DNA of 64,000 nt from Leptolyngbyaceae cyanobacterium (GCA_050331235.1 JBHJHA010000019.1:32001-96000), one strand, 5' to 3'. Counted from the first letter of the stretch, positions 9,877 through 20,579 are shown. The notes: generated from the sequence alone by a model not told the origin. A program made the numbers and translations.

Positions 9877-11745
9877 ATGACTCTAGCCAATCATCAGCTA
9901 TTCACCCCCCAAACTAGCGACATCCTAGTCGTTGACGATCTTGAGCACAACGTCAGATTCCTGAAGCAGCTACTGGAATTCAAAGACTACCGGGTTCGTC
10001 AAGCGTTGAGTGGTGAGATGGCCCTACAGGCAGTCAGTGCTTCCCCTCCGGATCTAATTTTGTTAGACATTTGTATGCCCGATATGAATGGCTACGAAGT
10101 CTGTCAAAAGCTCAAGGCCAATCCTGCTACCGCCGACATTCCCGTAATTTTTTTGAGTGCCTTGACCCAGTCAGCGGATAAAGTCAAAGCCTTTGAGGTA
10201 GGTGGGGCTGATTATGTCGCTAAGCCCTTTCAAGTGGATGAAGTTCTAGCACGCATCCAAAATCAACTCTTGACGAAATCAGCTTTACTGACCCTCAAGA
10301 ACTGGAACATGCAGCTTGAGGCAAAAGTCCGGGAGCGCACACAACAGTTGGAAAAGGCCAACCAAGAACTCTTGGCTATTGCTTATCACGACAGTCTGAC
10401 GAGGCTCCCTAACCGCGCCCTCCTGATGGAATGTTTGACGAGTTCGATCGTGTCTCTGCGCTTCAACTCCAATTATCAGTTCGCACTGATGTTTTTGGAT
10501 TGCGATCGCTTCAAGCTAATCAATGATTCTTTTGGTCACACCGCCGGCGATCAGCTACTGGTAGAAATTGCTCAGCGGTTGCAAAGTTGCGTCCGCACGG
10601 GAGATACCCTGGCGCGATTTGGCGGCGATGAATTTGTTGTCTTGATCAATCATGTCGAAAGTCAGCCACATGCTGAAGCGATCGCCCAAAATTTCCTAGA
10701 GGCGCTGAAACCTGGCTTCCTAATCAACGGCAAAGAAGTCTACATTGACGCCAGTATTGGTGTGGTCTTAAGCAATGTCGCTACGTACGATCACCCAGAG
10801 GCCATGCTACGGGATGCGGATATTGCGATGTACACGGCCAAAAACCACCATCGGTCGCGCGTCAGCTTTTTTGTGCCTCAGATGCACCAGGCCCGAGCGC
10901 AGATCCTGCAGGTCGAAACTGAGCTGAGACAGGCCATCACCCGCCACGAGCTGATGCCTTACTACCAGCCTATTGTGAACCTCAATCAGCAGAACGTCAT
11001 CGGAGTCGAGGTATTGTGTCGCTGGGCTCATCCCGAAAAAGGACTTCTCACGCCCAATGTATTTATTCCGGTAGCGGAAGAAACTTATCTCATTGTGGAA
11101 CTGAGCAACTGGCTGTTAGAGGAAACCTGTGCCCAGCTTCATCAGTGGCAGGTACAGCGGCTAGTTGACGATGACTTTTACATCAGTTTTAATCTCTCAG
11201 CTCGTCATCTTTCCCAAGTCAGCTTGCCACAGCAAATTGCCGCATGCTTAGCAAAATATGATTTGAAACCGTATCACCTACATTTGGAAATTACTGAAAG
11301 CGATGTCCTCGATAATGCGATCGCCCTTGATGTGATGAGAACACTTCAAGCGAACGGCATTCATCTCAGCGTCGATGATTTTGGGACTGGCTACTCGTCT
11401 TTGAGTTATCTATACGAGCTTCCTGTCAGCACCGTCAAAATTGACCGCGTGTTTATTACCGACATCACCCAAAATGCTAAAAATGCCAGCATTGTGTCGG
11501 CCATCATCAACATCGCCAAATCGCTAAATCTCAAAGTCATCGCAGAGGGCATCGAAGACGTACATCACATTGACCATCTGCGAAAAATTGACTGTCAGCT
11601 GGGTCAAGGCTATCTCTTTTCACAACCGTTACCCGCGATTGATATCCAGTCATTGCTAGCCGAAAATTATGCTAGCCCCAGCCTTGCATCCAGTACAGCA
11701 ACGCCTAATCATTTCAGTTCTTGCGTCGTCGGCAATATCCCCTGA
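9877..11745 (+). CDS. Response regulator REC-GGDEF-EAL (diguanylate cyclase/phosphodiesterase)
   Basis: REC (VVDD, LLDICMP, KPF), RFGGDEF with RxxD I-site (RTGD), EVL and DDFGTGYSSL. Confidence 0.95.
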   Translation: MTLANHQLFTPQTSDILVVDDLEHNVRFLKQLLEFKDYRVRQALSGEMALQAVSASPPDLILLDICMPDMNGYEVCQKLKANPATADIPVIFLSALTQSADKVKAFEVGGADYVAKPFQVDEVLARIQNQLLTKSALLTLKNWNMQLEAKVRERTQQLEKANQELLAIAYHDSLTRLPNRALLMECLTSSIVSLRFNSNYQFALMFLDCDRFKLINDSFGHTAGDQLLVEIAQRLQSCVRTGDTLARFGGDEFVVLINHVESQPHAEAIAQNFLEALKPGFLINGKEVYIDASIGVVLSNVATYDHPEAMLRDADIAMYTAKNHHRSRVSFFVPQMHQARAQILQVETELRQAITRHELMPYYQPIVNLNQQNVIGVEVLCRWAHPEKGLLTPNVFIPVAEETYLIVELSNWLLEETCAQLHQWQVQRLVDDDFYISFNLSARHLSQVSLPQQIAACLAKYDLKPYHLHLEITESDVLDNAIALDVMRTLQANGIHLSVDDFGTGYSSLSYLYELPVSTVKIDRVFITDITQNAKNASIVSAIINIAKSLNLKVIAEGIEDVHHIDHLRKIDCQLGQGYLFSQPLPAIDIQSLLAENYASPSLASSTATPNHFSSCVVGNIP

Positions 11746-12347
11746 TGCCCACTGACTTGAGCGATATCACACACATGCCCTCAATGGGACATTTTAAGAA
11801 GGCGACTTGGCAGGACCAAGCCGGGCTAAAACGGCCCGACGGCCGCCTGCTGAGTGTGCATTCAGCATGTGCATCGCCGGAAAATTCGCTCTGCTGATGC
11901 CCCATAAGGTCTGCAATCCCCCTCCCTGGGAAATAGCTGTACAGGGCCCTTTCCCACGGAAACTGGCTGGCAAGAGTTGGCAGGTAACGAAGGGCAGCTT
12001 CCCTCTATCAAACCGATCTCAGTCTTCCGCTGCCAAGTTGAGTCTGGGTCAGCGAGTAGAAAGCGCTGCCATGCATTACTCCAGATGCTCAGGCTCGCGA
12101 CTGATGACCGGACCAGAGGCTTTGCACGTAAAAGAACTCGCACACCAACAAGTTGTACATAAATCAAACATCAAGAAAAACAACCGCTCAATACAGTTTA
12201 TATATGGGCTTTTAGGCAACTCAGCGATCGCCGACGATAGCTTGGTTAACGCTACCGCTCTCGCTCAGTTCAAGGACTTGGCATTGCGTGAGTAGTCAAC
12301 ACAGACTTAGTGCCTCGACTGCCCTCGGCGACTACTGGAGATCACAC

Positions 12348-12647
12348 ATGGCTGTTCCACACATTTTGGCTGAATCACAAGTCAAGGCTTTCAAGTTCTA
12401 CGAGCAAGGCTCGATTCAAGAAGCGATTTTAGTCAATAACCAGATTATGCGACTAGCAGGCAACTTTGCCCTTGAGCAAAAGCAAGCGGCCTTTGATCTG
12501 GCTTACGACCTTTGTCAGCAGTATTCAACTATGATCACCCCTGGCGCTAAGGCTTATCGAGTCTGGGTCGACGTTCGGTGTACTCGTCCCTTTTCAGTTG
12601 GGACGCGGCTTGCTCAGACGACTGACGAGCCTTGTCTAGCCGCTTAG
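12348..12647 (+). CDS. Hypothetical protein (cyanobacterial type)
   Basis: GGAG upstream of ATG 12348; FKFY...YRVWVDVR pattern recalled from small cyanobacterial proteins. Confidence 0.65.
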   Translation: MAVPHILAESQVKAFKFYEQGSIQEAILVNNQIMRLAGNFALEQKQAAFDLAYDLCQQYSTMITPGAKAYRVWVDVRCTRPFSVGTRLAQTTDEPCLAA

Positions 12648-12706
12648 CTGAATGACACGATCGCTAAAACTCGTCACAATACGGAAGATAGCGACGAGGC
12701 AGCACC

Positions 12707-14230
12707 ATGACGACCGGGGTTTGGGTATTAGGCGATCAGCTATGGACCGGCCAGGCAGCGCTAGCCCGTTGTCAGGACCAACGTCACGAGACCCCCGTAT
12801 TGATGGTTGAGTCCCTCGACCATGTCCAGCAGCGACGCTATCATCAGCAAAAACTCGTTCTAATCTGGTCAGCCATGCGGCACTTTGCCGCCAACCTCGA
12901 AGCCTCGGGCTGGTCAGTAACCTACGTTAAGGCCCAAGATTTCACCACTCCGCTGCAGCAGTGGGTTCGCGATCGCAACATTGACACCTTACAGATGATG
13001 GAGCCCAATGATCGGCCCTTCCTCACCTATCTGCAAGATCTCGATCTGCCCTGTCAGCTACAGCTGCTGCCCAACAACCACTTTTTATGGAGCCGTGACG
13101 ATTTTCAAGGATGGGCTCGCGATCGTAAGAGCTTACTGATGGAGAGCTTTTATCGAGCCGGTCGCCAACAACTAGACGTCTTGATGACAGGGGAAGATCC
13201 CCTCGGTGGTCAGTGGAACTTTGACAAGCAAAACCGTAAACCCCCTAAAACAGGGTTTGAAACGCCTGAGGTGCTGGACTTCGCCCCGGATGATATTACG
13301 CAAACGGTGATTACCGAGGTCCAGGCAGTTGATTTTTCCACCTTTGGCGACAGCCAACCCTTTCGCTGGGCCGTGACTCGAGAGCAAGCGCTACAGGTTT
13401 TGGACCATTTCATCTCTACTCGCTTAGCTACCTTTGGCCCCTACCAAGACGCCATGGTCACGGGGGAAGATTTTATGTGGCACGCGCTGTTGTCGCCTTA
13501 CTTAAACTTGGGCCTATTGCAGCCCCTAGAAGTCATTGAAGCCGCAGAAACCGCCTTCCATGAACATGAACTGCCCCTCAACAGCGTTGAGGGATTTATC
13601 CGTCAGGTGATGGGCTGGCGCGAATACATGCGGGGCCTATATTGGTATGTTGGCGATGACTATTTCGATCGCAATTGGTTTGACCACGATCGGCCCCTGC
13701 CGGACTTTTTTTGGACTGGTGAAACTGATATGAACTGTCTGCACCAGGTAGTCAATCAGGTACAGCGAACGGGGTATGGCCATCACATCCAGCGATTGAT
13801 GATTTTGGCCAACTTCTCATTGATTGCTGGCCTACAGCCCCAAGCGGTGGAAGATTGGTTCCACGCTGCTTTTATCGATGCCTACGACTGGGTCATGCAG
13901 ACCAACGTGCTGGGCATGGGGGTTTTTGCTGACGGGGGCGTGCTGGCTTCTAAGCCCTACGCGGCATCGGCTAACTATGTCAATCGCATGAGTGACTACT
14001 GTAAGGGCTGTTCCTACAAACACACAAAGCGCACTGGCGAAGGGGCCTGTCCCTTCAACTTTCTCTATTGGAACTTCTTAGACCGGCACCGAAAAAAGCT
14101 CAAGACCCAGGGGCGGATGGGGTTGATTTTGGCCAATCTCGACAAGATGGCAGCGGCCGAACTCGCAGACATCCGCGATCGCGCAGCGCAGTTTTTGGCT
14201 TCACCATCAATGTCATCAACGGCTGATTAA
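12707..14230 (+). CDS. Cryptochrome/photolyase, FeS-BCP/CryPro (PhrB-like 6-4 photolyase) class
   Basis: LGDQL, GGQWNFDKQNRK, EGFIRQVMGWREY, HHIQRLM; four Cys (MNCL, YCKGC, ACPFN). Confidence 0.92.
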   Translation: MTTGVWVLGDQLWTGQAALARCQDQRHETPVLMVESLDHVQQRRYHQQKLVLIWSAMRHFAANLEASGWSVTYVKAQDFTTPLQQWVRDRNIDTLQMMEPNDRPFLTYLQDLDLPCQLQLLPNNHFLWSRDDFQGWARDRKSLLMESFYRAGRQQLDVLMTGEDPLGGQWNFDKQNRKPPKTGFETPEVLDFAPDDITQTVITEVQAVDFSTFGDSQPFRWAVTREQALQVLDHFISTRLATFGPYQDAMVTGEDFMWHALLSPYLNLGLLQPLEVIEAAETAFHEHELPLNSVEGFIRQVMGWREYMRGLYWYVGDDYFDRNWFDHDRPLPDFFWTGETDMNCLHQVVNQVQRTGYGHHIQRLMILANFSLIAGLQPQAVEDWFHAAFIDAYDWVMQTNVLGMGVFADGGVLASKPYAASANYVNRMSDYCKGCSYKHTKRTGEGACPFNFLYWNFLDRHRKKLKTQGRMGLILANLDKMAAAELADIRDRAAQFLASPSMSSTAD

Positions 14231-14364
14231 CCCTAGGCTCAAGCCATCGTCATTGAAGCTATCCGCACAGAGCTTTTAACCTTTACGCAACTCGTCCACC
14301 GAGCGCAGTCAGTCAGTCTCGACTATTTGCAAATCAACCTCTTCGAGCATCCACACTCGCAATT

Positions 14365-15678
14365 TCATTGATATAAGAAAACTCGTTTTGCCGCCCGTGT
14401 TAAAGCTACATAGCAAAGCTGATTGCGCTCAATAATGTTGCGATTTGCTTGCATCGACGGTAAATCAATAAAAACATCTTGAAATGTCGATCCTTGACTT
14501 TTATGGATCGTCAGACTGTAGGCATAGTCAACTTCATGGAAAAACTGCTTAAGATCCCAAAAAGCCATCCAGTTTTTACTACGGGCCAGGTCATCCAGCT
14601 TCAGCTGCAGTTCACTTTCACCGGATTCATGGAGCACCCGAAGCGTTCGAAACGTTCCTTCTTCTGTCTCAACTGATAATAGCCAAATCGGCCATTCACC
14701 TTCACGGCTACGACGCGCTTCAATCACTTCACACTCCGCCGACGTGGAAAGAATGATATTTTCCTCTTCTAAACAGGGGTTCAAAGCAATGAGTCGCTCA
14801 CCGGGAACAAAGCGCAGCGCCGTGGGACCATAAATCGCCCGACGAATCTTACGGTTGAGCTGGGCCACGCGGCGGTTGGTATAGGCCAGCGCCCGCACCT
14901 GGTCTGGGTTGAACCGATAACTATCGCTCGTAAAAGCTCGGAGCATCAACGTTTCCCAAGCCACCCGCGACACCACAAAACAACCTTCGGTCCGATCGCC
15001 GTTAACATCTGTGACGAACTGGGGAAAGCGATCGCGCTCCAGATTACGGCGAATATCCTCCGCGATCACACCAATCGCTCCGCCGTAGCGCACTACCTCT
15101 GTCAGCTCAGATTTGTTCAGGATTTCGCGAAAGCAAGCAGATTCTGACTCGTTCACCGGCGGCAGCTGGGCCGCATCCCCGACAAACAAAATTTGGGTCT
15201 GGCCATAGAGATTGGTGACAGCATTCACCAATAATCGCCAAAGTTCCTCGTTGACCATCGAGCATTCGTCAACAATGATCAGATCAAACCGATCGACCTG
15301 GCTGTCTTGCTTGCGATCGAGCTGAAATTCCTGGTTGCCGGTATCTTCGTTGATCACCGGGCGTAGTCCGAGTAAGGTGCAGCAGGTCATCGCATCAATG
15401 TTGAGCTGCCACTGCTCGGCCATCATGGCTAAGACTTTGGTCGCTTTGTTGCTAAAAGCCGACAGCACGATCTTGCGGTTGTCGCCTTGCTCCCGTAAGC
15501 CGCCGATAAAAATTTGGAGTAGGGTAGTTTTACCAGTTCCTGCATAGCCAGTGAGCAGGTAGAGCTTTTCAGGACTATCGACAAAGGTTTGTAAGGCGTC
15601 AAGGGCAGCTAGTTGCTCCGCCGTCAGGGCGATCGCATCATCACCAGAGTCTGTAGGGCTGGTCTGTAGTCGCACCAT
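14365..15678 (-). CDS. SF1B helicase, RecD/Dda-like
   Basis: GYAGTGKT, DECSM, GDAAQLPPV, TIHKSQGST, YVALTRA. Confidence 0.9.
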   Translation of the reverse strand: MVRLQTSPTDSGDDAIALTAEQLAALDALQTFVDSPEKLYLLTGYAGTGKTTLLQIFIGGLREQGDNRKIVLSAFSNKATKVLAMMAEQWQLNIDAMTCCTLLGLRPVINEDTGNQEFQLDRKQDSQVDRFDLIIVDECSMVNEELWRLLVNAVTNLYGQTQILFVGDAAQLPPVNESESACFREILNKSELTEVVRYGGAIGVIAEDIRRNLERDRFPQFVTDVNGDRTEGCFVVSRVAWETLMLRAFTSDSYRFNPDQVRALAYTNRRVAQLNRKIRRAIYGPTALRFVPGERLIALNPCLEEENIILSTSAECEVIEARRSREGEWPIWLLSVETEEGTFRTLRVLHESGESELQLKLDDLARSKNWMAFWDLKQFFHEVDYAYSLTIHKSQGSTFQDVFIDLPSMQANRNIIERNQLCYVALTRAAKRVFLYQ

Positions 15679-15902
15679 GTATTACCGAAATTGAGATACC
15701 CAAGGTGTTAGCTGGCCAAAAATCGCTGTACCCAAACGCATTAGCGATGTCCCAAGGCTAGCAATTTTAGCGTCTGCGCCCGGTCTTGATGCAGTTCCCA
15801 AATGTGTAGTCGCTCACCTAGCGACACCTTGCTCAGGCAGAGTCAGTGCAGAACCAACGGAGACCAGGGAAAGCACACGAGCGCGACCACAGTTCCGCCG
15901 AA

Positions 15903-17009
15903 TTAGTCTACTGCTGCTAGCAAACCATGGGGAAACTCGGGCAGATCGGCCCCTCCCATTGCATTGTGTAACGTAGCGGCGGCTCGCCAACCTGCCTCTA
16001 GGGCTGAGTCGAGATGGGCCTTGCCACACCAGTCTCCGCAGGTGATGAGCGGCAAAGGGGTCGTCGCCATGGGCATGGGCTGCTCACAGGGTCGTTCCAC
16101 AAACGCGTAACGCCAGCGATGGACCTGCCAATGGTGAGGGCGGGCTAGCCAGTCGGCAACGCGCTGACTGGCATGGGCCAACAGCGCTTCCCCAGCCGGT
16201 TGTAGGTCGGTCGCCTCGAGCCAGTCACGGGCAAAGGCGGCACTACTGTGAATCACCACATTAATCCGGTCGAGCGATCGCTTGCTGCTATCCAGCCCCA
16301 CCCAAAACAGGGCCGTATCAGCCTGTCCCTCCACCATCCAGGGAGCGGCGGCGGCACAGGGCAACGGATCCGCCGGTTGAGTGAGGGCATTAGCATACTG
16401 GGCCATGACCGTAATCATCGGCGCATAGCTTACCGTTTCCAATGCTTTCGTGACCGTCTTGATGGGGGCCCAGGTGCCCAGCGAGGAGAGCATTGGCACA
16501 ATCTGCGGTGCCGGCAACGCCATAACGATAGCCTTTGCTCGAAACTGACCAGTCGTCTGGTCAGCCGCCCGCTGGGTCGTGATGGTCCACCGCGGGTCTG
16601 ACGAGGTAGAGAGGTTAATCACACGCTGGTGATGATGAATCATCAGCCCCTCCGCCAGCTCCTTTCCCACGGCATTCATCCCGGCTGGAGCCGCATACAG
16701 CATTGCCGTTAGGGGGCGATCGCGGAGGGTCCGCCCAGCGCCTAAGCCATAGCTTTGTGGCCGCCAAGGCACAATCAGTTGTTCTGCCAGCCAGCGATCA
16801 ATTAGCCACTGCCACCGGGGAGAGGCCACAGTTAAGTAGCGCGCTCCGTGGTCTAGGGGCATGCCGTCTAGGCGACGAGTCGCCAAGCGCCCACCGACCC
16901 CACGGGACTTTTCCAATAGGCTGACTTGATAGCCGGCGTGGTGTAAACGGCGCGCACAGGTAAGGCCCGCCAAGCCCGCCCCCACGACAATCACATCTTG
17001 ATCGGTCAT
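15903..17009 (-). CDS. Renalase-like FAD-dependent oxidoreductase
   Basis: GAGLAGL, EKSRGVGGRLATRR, DHGA, HRWRYA, CGDW. Confidence 0.9.
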   Translation of the reverse strand: MTDQDVIVVGAGLAGLTCARRLHHAGYQVSLLEKSRGVGGRLATRRLDGMPLDHGARYLTVASPRWQWLIDRWLAEQLIVPWRPQSYGLGAGRTLRDRPLTAMLYAAPAGMNAVGKELAEGLMIHHHQRVINLSTSSDPRWTITTQRAADQTTGQFRAKAIVMALPAPQIVPMLSSLGTWAPIKTVTKALETVSYAPMITVMAQYANALTQPADPLPCAAAAPWMVEGQADTALFWVGLDSSKRSLDRINVVIHSSAAFARDWLEATDLQPAGEALLAHASQRVADWLARPHHWQVHRWRYAFVERPCEQPMPMATTPLPLITCGDWCGKAHLDSALEAGWRAAATLHNAMGGADLPEFPHGLLAAVD

Positions 17010-17145
17010 TTCTCGGCCACTCAGGTAAGGCGTGTCCCTTGCAAAGCCCGGTGACACCGCTAACATCCGCCACTGTAAATGCTTTTGCGTGGGTACTTTC
17101 AAATGCTTAAAATAGGATAATCAATTGGCCCGAGATGAGTATCTG

Positions 17146-17997
17146 ATGGTGGATGAACTGCGTTCGGCCCTGGAACTTGCCACTGAAGACGAGCTACAAG
17201 CACTGACGGAACTGTTGTTTCGTCCCAAGCTAAATCCTTTTGACTATCTATGCGGGCAGCATCCTCTTGAGGTGCAGCAGAGCGATCGCCATACCTTGCT
17301 AGACCAGCTCGAGGCACGATTTCGCTACCTCGCCGCCGATGGCATGACGGTCATTCGCGGCGGCTGCGATCGCGTTTCTTACCGGCAGGCAGTGCTGCAA
17401 GCTTGCCGCCACTTAAACATCACCTACTCAGCCACTTGGGCCACCACTGATTTAGAAGCCGAAGTCTTTTTAAATGTCTTGGAAAAAGCCTGGCAACAAC
17501 TGCCCCAGCAGCAGCGGCGATCCCTTCAACGGCAGGTGCAGCAATCTATCGTGCAGTGCGATGAGTTTGCTGCCTTACCTTTACCGCTGCAGCGCAATCC
17601 GTTAGGGCTTTTGATGAAAGGCGGCAGCGCCATTGCGGTCAGTGCCGTCATTCGCCCATGGCTGCTCCAGCAGATTGCTCGCCAGTTTGCCCTGCAGCTG
17701 GCTCGCCAGCAGGTAGCGAAAGGGGCGCTAGCGCGGGGAGGTCTCAGCCTAGCGGGACAGATCCACTCGCGGGCAGCGATGGCCATGGCGTCTCGGGGCA
17801 TGGCTCTCAACGCCGCTCGCTACACCGCCACTCGAAGTTTTTTTGCAGTGCTTGGTCCCGCCATGTGGACATGGTTTTTGGCTGATTTGGGCTGGCGGGC
17901 GATCGCGACTAACCATGGTCGGGTTATTCCCGTCGTTTTCACCTTGGCTCAGATTCGCCTGACTCGGGGCGAGTCCTACGAGCTGGCACAGTGTTGA
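17146..17997 (+). CDS. YaaW family protein
   Basis: DELRSALELATEDEL, RFRYLAADG, DLGWRAIATN. Confidence 0.82.
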   Translation: MVDELRSALELATEDELQALTELLFRPKLNPFDYLCGQHPLEVQQSDRHTLLDQLEARFRYLAADGMTVIRGGCDRVSYRQAVLQACRHLNITYSATWATTDLEAEVFLNVLEKAWQQLPQQQRRSLQRQVQQSIVQCDEFAALPLPLQRNPLGLLMKGGSAIAVSAVIRPWLLQQIARQFALQLARQQVAKGALARGGLSLAGQIHSRAAMAMASRGMALNAARYTATRSFFAVLGPAMWTWFLADLGWRAIATNHGRVIPVVFTLAQIRLTRGESYELAQC

Positions 17998-18010
17998 GTG
18001 AGCCATTGGG

Positions 18011-18556
18011 ATGACAGATCACCGCACAACGCCCACCCATTACCAACTGCTGAAAATCAAGCCGACGGCCTCCCTGCAGGAGATCCGTCGGGCCTATCGT
18101 GATTTGAGTAAGCTGTATCACCCCGATACCACCACCTTGCCCCCCGCGATCGCGATCGAAAAGTTCAAACACCTCAACAATGCCTATGCGACGCTCAGCA
18201 ATCCCGACAGTCGCACCGCTTATGACTACAGCATTGGCATCTCCCGGGTGGCTGTGATCCAAGCGCCGGCCTATCTCAATCGTCCCGCCACGGAGCGGGG
18301 CCACACGGGACGCGATAGTGCTTACCTCGACCCCACTGATCGCCCCCTTTCCGCCGGTGAAATGTTTGCCTTGTTTATTTTGGGCATCACCTTTGTCGGC
18401 TGCCTCATTTTGGTTTTCACCATTAGCTGGACCAAAGGCGAACTGGTGCTGTATTCCGAGCCCACGGCCCCACCGTCAGCATCACAGTCGCAGCCTACGA
18501 CCAGCCAGCCAGCCCCGGCTTCCCGGTCTCCAGGACTGCCTATCCCACCACCCTAA
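18011..18556 (+). CDS. DnaJ-domain membrane protein
   Basis: J domain with HPD, C-terminal TM helix. Confidence 0.9.
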   Translation: MTDHRTTPTHYQLLKIKPTASLQEIRRAYRDLSKLYHPDTTTLPPAIAIEKFKHLNNAYATLSNPDSRTAYDYSIGISRVAVIQAPAYLNRPATERGHTGRDSAYLDPTDRPLSAGEMFALFILGITFVGCLILVFTISWTKGELVLYSEPTAPPSASQSQPTTSQPAPASRSPGLPIPPP

Positions 18557-18669
18557 AACCTTGGATTCACCAGCCATATCCGCCCCACGGGACGCATTAT
18601 CTTCAAAAGTAATTTGATCATCAGAGATAATTAGTGTGATCATCCCCTCAAAGACCTCTCATTGACCCC

Positions 18670-18942
18670 ATGGTTATGCCCACTGCTGACACTCCGCTGT
18701 ACAACCATCCCCTGCCTGACATTGAGCGCTGGCTTAAGGAGCAGGGTTGCCGACAAAATTCTGAAGCGCTGCATAAGTGGCACATTGAGAAAACGGACTG
18801 GACGGCAGACATCGCTTTAGACGTTGACTCCATCGTTGTGCGGTATCTCAAAACGCCGCCCAGCAACGAAGACGTGCAGCGCATCTTCAAATATTCTCTT
18901 AGTCGCCAAGATTTACAGGAAGCGATTTTCTCCGGTCCGTAA
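18670..18942 (+). CDS. DUF3143 family protein
   Basis: TPLYNHPLPDIERWL...FKYSLSRQD...AIFSGP. Confidence 0.85.
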   Translation: MVMPTADTPLYNHPLPDIERWLKEQGCRQNSEALHKWHIEKTDWTADIALDVDSIVVRYLKTPPSNEDVQRIFKYSLSRQDLQEAIFSGP

Positions 18943-18979
18943 TACGCCCGCTACTCACCTGATCAACTGTCACTCTGGG

Positions 18980-19960
18980 ATGAATGCAATGACTGCACTG
19001 TTTCAAGGAGCCACCCAGGCGATCGCCCTGGTCCCTGGCGGACCCACAATTCCGGCCTTGGGCGTCGGTACCTGGGCTTGGGGCGATTCCCTGTTTTGGA
19101 GCTATGGCAAAGACTATACCGAAACTGATTTACATGCTGCCTTCAAAGCTGCAGTCGCCGCTGGGGCGAACTTTTTTGATACGGCTGAGGTGTACGGTCT
19201 GGGGGAGTCAGAGCGATTGTTGGGTCGCTTTCTCCAGTCTTTAGATCAGCGGATTTTCATTGCCACCAAGTACTTTCCCCTGCCCTGGCGATGGTCAGCC
19301 CAGGCCGTTTCGGCAACTCTGACGGCCAGCCTCGAGAGACTACAGCTCGATTGTCTGGATCTCTACCAAGTACATTGGCCCCTCGACTTTTTGATGGGTC
19401 AAAAAGAACTCATGAATGCCCTCGCTAATGAGGTCAAGCAAGGGCGGATTCGAGCGGTGGGCGTTAGCAATTACTCGGCTCAGCAAATGCAGACGGCCTA
19501 CGATTACTTAGCACAGCGGGGCGTTCCCTTAGCCGTTAACCAGGTGCAATACTCGCTACTGCACCGCAATATTGAATCCAACGGAGTACTCGACAAAGCC
19601 CGCGAGCTCAACGTCAACATTCTCGCTTACAGTCCCCTAGCCCAAGGGCTCCTCACGGGGAAATACTCAGCGAACGATTACACCAAGCCCGCTGGCGCGC
19701 GACAGCTCAATCCCCGCTTTAGCAAGTCAGGGCTCGACAAAATCGAGCTTGTGCTCCAGACGCTGCGGGAAATTGCCAATACCCATGACAAAACTCCAGC
19801 CCAGGTGGCGCTCAATTGGCTGATCTGCATCGGCAATGTGGTGCCGATTCCAGGGGCCAAAAACGCTCATCAGGCGAGTCAGAATGCGGGGGCGCTTAAT
19901 TGGTCGATGACGGCCCAAGAGCACGAGCGGTTGAGTCGGGCCACCCAAGCCTGGCGTTAG
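18980..19960 (+). CDS. Aldo/keto reductase
   Basis: GVGTWAWGD, FDTAEVYG, ATK, VHWP, GVSN, AYSPLAQG, PIPGAK. Confidence 0.94.
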   Translation: MNAMTALFQGATQAIALVPGGPTIPALGVGTWAWGDSLFWSYGKDYTETDLHAAFKAAVAAGANFFDTAEVYGLGESERLLGRFLQSLDQRIFIATKYFPLPWRWSAQAVSATLTASLERLQLDCLDLYQVHWPLDFLMGQKELMNALANEVKQGRIRAVGVSNYSAQQMQTAYDYLAQRGVPLAVNQVQYSLLHRNIESNGVLDKARELNVNILAYSPLAQGLLTGKYSANDYTKPAGARQLNPRFSKSGLDKIELVLQTLREIANTHDKTPAQVALNWLICIGNVVPIPGAKNAHQASQNAGALNWSMTAQEHERLSRATQAWR

Positions 19961-19985
19961 CAAAGCTTAGCAATACGAGTGGATC

Positions 19986-20498
19986 ATGAAACAACTTAGA
20001 ACCTGGGGTTTTACCGAAGACAGTTGGAAAGGCCAGCGGGGAGAGTACTGGGTGCTGGCCCAGGGACTGATCTTGCTGGTATTTGTGCTGCTGCCCCAGT
20101 GGCAACCAGCAGCCTGGCAGTCGTGGCCAACGGCTGTGGTGTATATGCTGGATGGTGTCGCGATCGCCTTTGCCGGTTTGGCGACGGTTTTACTCGGGAA
20201 AGGACTCCTTGACCTCGGCGCAAATCTTACACCGCTGCCCTATCCCCGTGCAGATGCGCAACTGGTGCAAACGGGCATTTACGGGTGGGTGCGGCATAGC
20301 CTCTATAGCGGTCTCATTTTTGGCACAGCGGCGTTCAGCCTGTGGACGCGCAGCCTGCCTCACCTCCTCATGGCAGTGATTTTGTTTATCGTGCTCGATA
20401 TCAAGGCCCGTAAAGAAGAAGCCTGGTTGCTAGAGCGCTTTCCCGCCTATGCCGATTATCGACAGCGGGTGAGCAAGTTTATTCCTGGACTGTATTGA
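19986..20498 (+). CDS. Isoprenylcysteine carboxyl methyltransferase family membrane protein
   Basis: LVQTGIYGWVRH..Y, EEAWL..RFPAYADY...V.KFIP. Confidence 0.88.
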   Translation: MKQLRTWGFTEDSWKGQRGEYWVLAQGLILLVFVLLPQWQPAAWQSWPTAVVYMLDGVAIAFAGLATVLLGKGLLDLGANLTPLPYPRADAQLVQTGIYGWVRHSLYSGLIFGTAAFSLWTRSLPHLLMAVILFIVLDIKARKEEAWLLERFPAYADYRQRVSKFIPGLY

Positions 20499-20579
20499 AT
20501 TCAGAATTCAATTCCTGGAGTGCCAAATTCTCGGACGCCACGTGGGAGAATATGAAGCCCTGACGCTATCATCGAGCCT

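Noticed and set aside
15679..15902. Possible 6S/RNase P/SRP RNA in the helicase-oxidoreductase spacer
   Set aside because: Only short stems; none of the conserved motifs of those RNAs recognised
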